37,464 nt of DNA from Candidatus Methylomirabilota bacterium (GTDB lineage: Bacteria > Methylomirabilota > Methylomirabilia > Rokubacteriales > CSP1-6), in contig JBKPAK010000320.1 in assembly GCA_046726415.1 (NCBI GenBank), positions 1 to 37,464 of the forward strand, given 5' to 3'. Shown one piece after another: positions 37,388 through 37,464 of this stretch; position 1 is the first letter of the stretch; every line of letters starts with the position of its first letter. The notes beneath the pieces were generated by a model. It saw nothing but the letters and a program-made list of their open reading frames with translations, ran no database searches and had not been told where the DNA came from. The translations under genes were made by a program, and so were the position numbers.

Positions 37388-37464
37388 TCATCCGCATCCG
37401 GAGCAAGTCGGGCCAGCCTCCATCGCCAGAGGTGTGACCGCGATTGCACCGACTGCGATCAGCG
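37388..37464 (-). CDS. 3' end of a possible small protein (...LIAVGAIAVTPLAMEAGPTCSGCG*), partial
   Basis: Open frame from the window edge to TGA 37390-37388; hydrophobic stretch followed by a terminal CxxC. Confidence 0.35.
   Translation of the reverse strand, partial: LIAVGAIAVTPLAMEAGPTCSGCG

Overview
High-GC bacterial chromosomal window (about 69% GC by eye). The gene content and style suggest Candidatus Rokubacteria/Methylomirabilota, but this is inference and was not verified. It is mostly metabolic and transport genes: two cyclic amidohydrolases, a yejABEF peptide ABC operon, SDRs, alpha/beta hydrolases, a CoA-type NUDIX, malQ, an HpcH aldolase, an MBL-rhodanese fusion, a split Liv-type ABC system, a serine hydrolase, VOC plus ACAD-family genes, two GNATs, phoX, a FadR-type regulator and a dCache/HAMP adenylate cyclase. 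The ORF track misses several features. (1) Two 'ORFs' at 10198-11169 are one selenoprotein (peroxiredoxin/TlpA-like, W-U-G-C) with an in-frame TGA and a SECIS-like hairpin. (2) A 35-bp tandem repeat upstream of yejA multiplies the RBS/GTG start region and creates overlapping mini-ORFs. (3) An IS1380-like left end lies at the window start. (4) There is a Pho-box promoter for phoX with a phoD-like 3' remnant beside it. (5) An orphan, truncated sugar-permease fragment reads antisense into the ACAD gene. (6) Several genes have leaderless-type promoters. No CRISPR array, rRNA or tRNA was seen. All family calls come from motif recognition, with no database searches.
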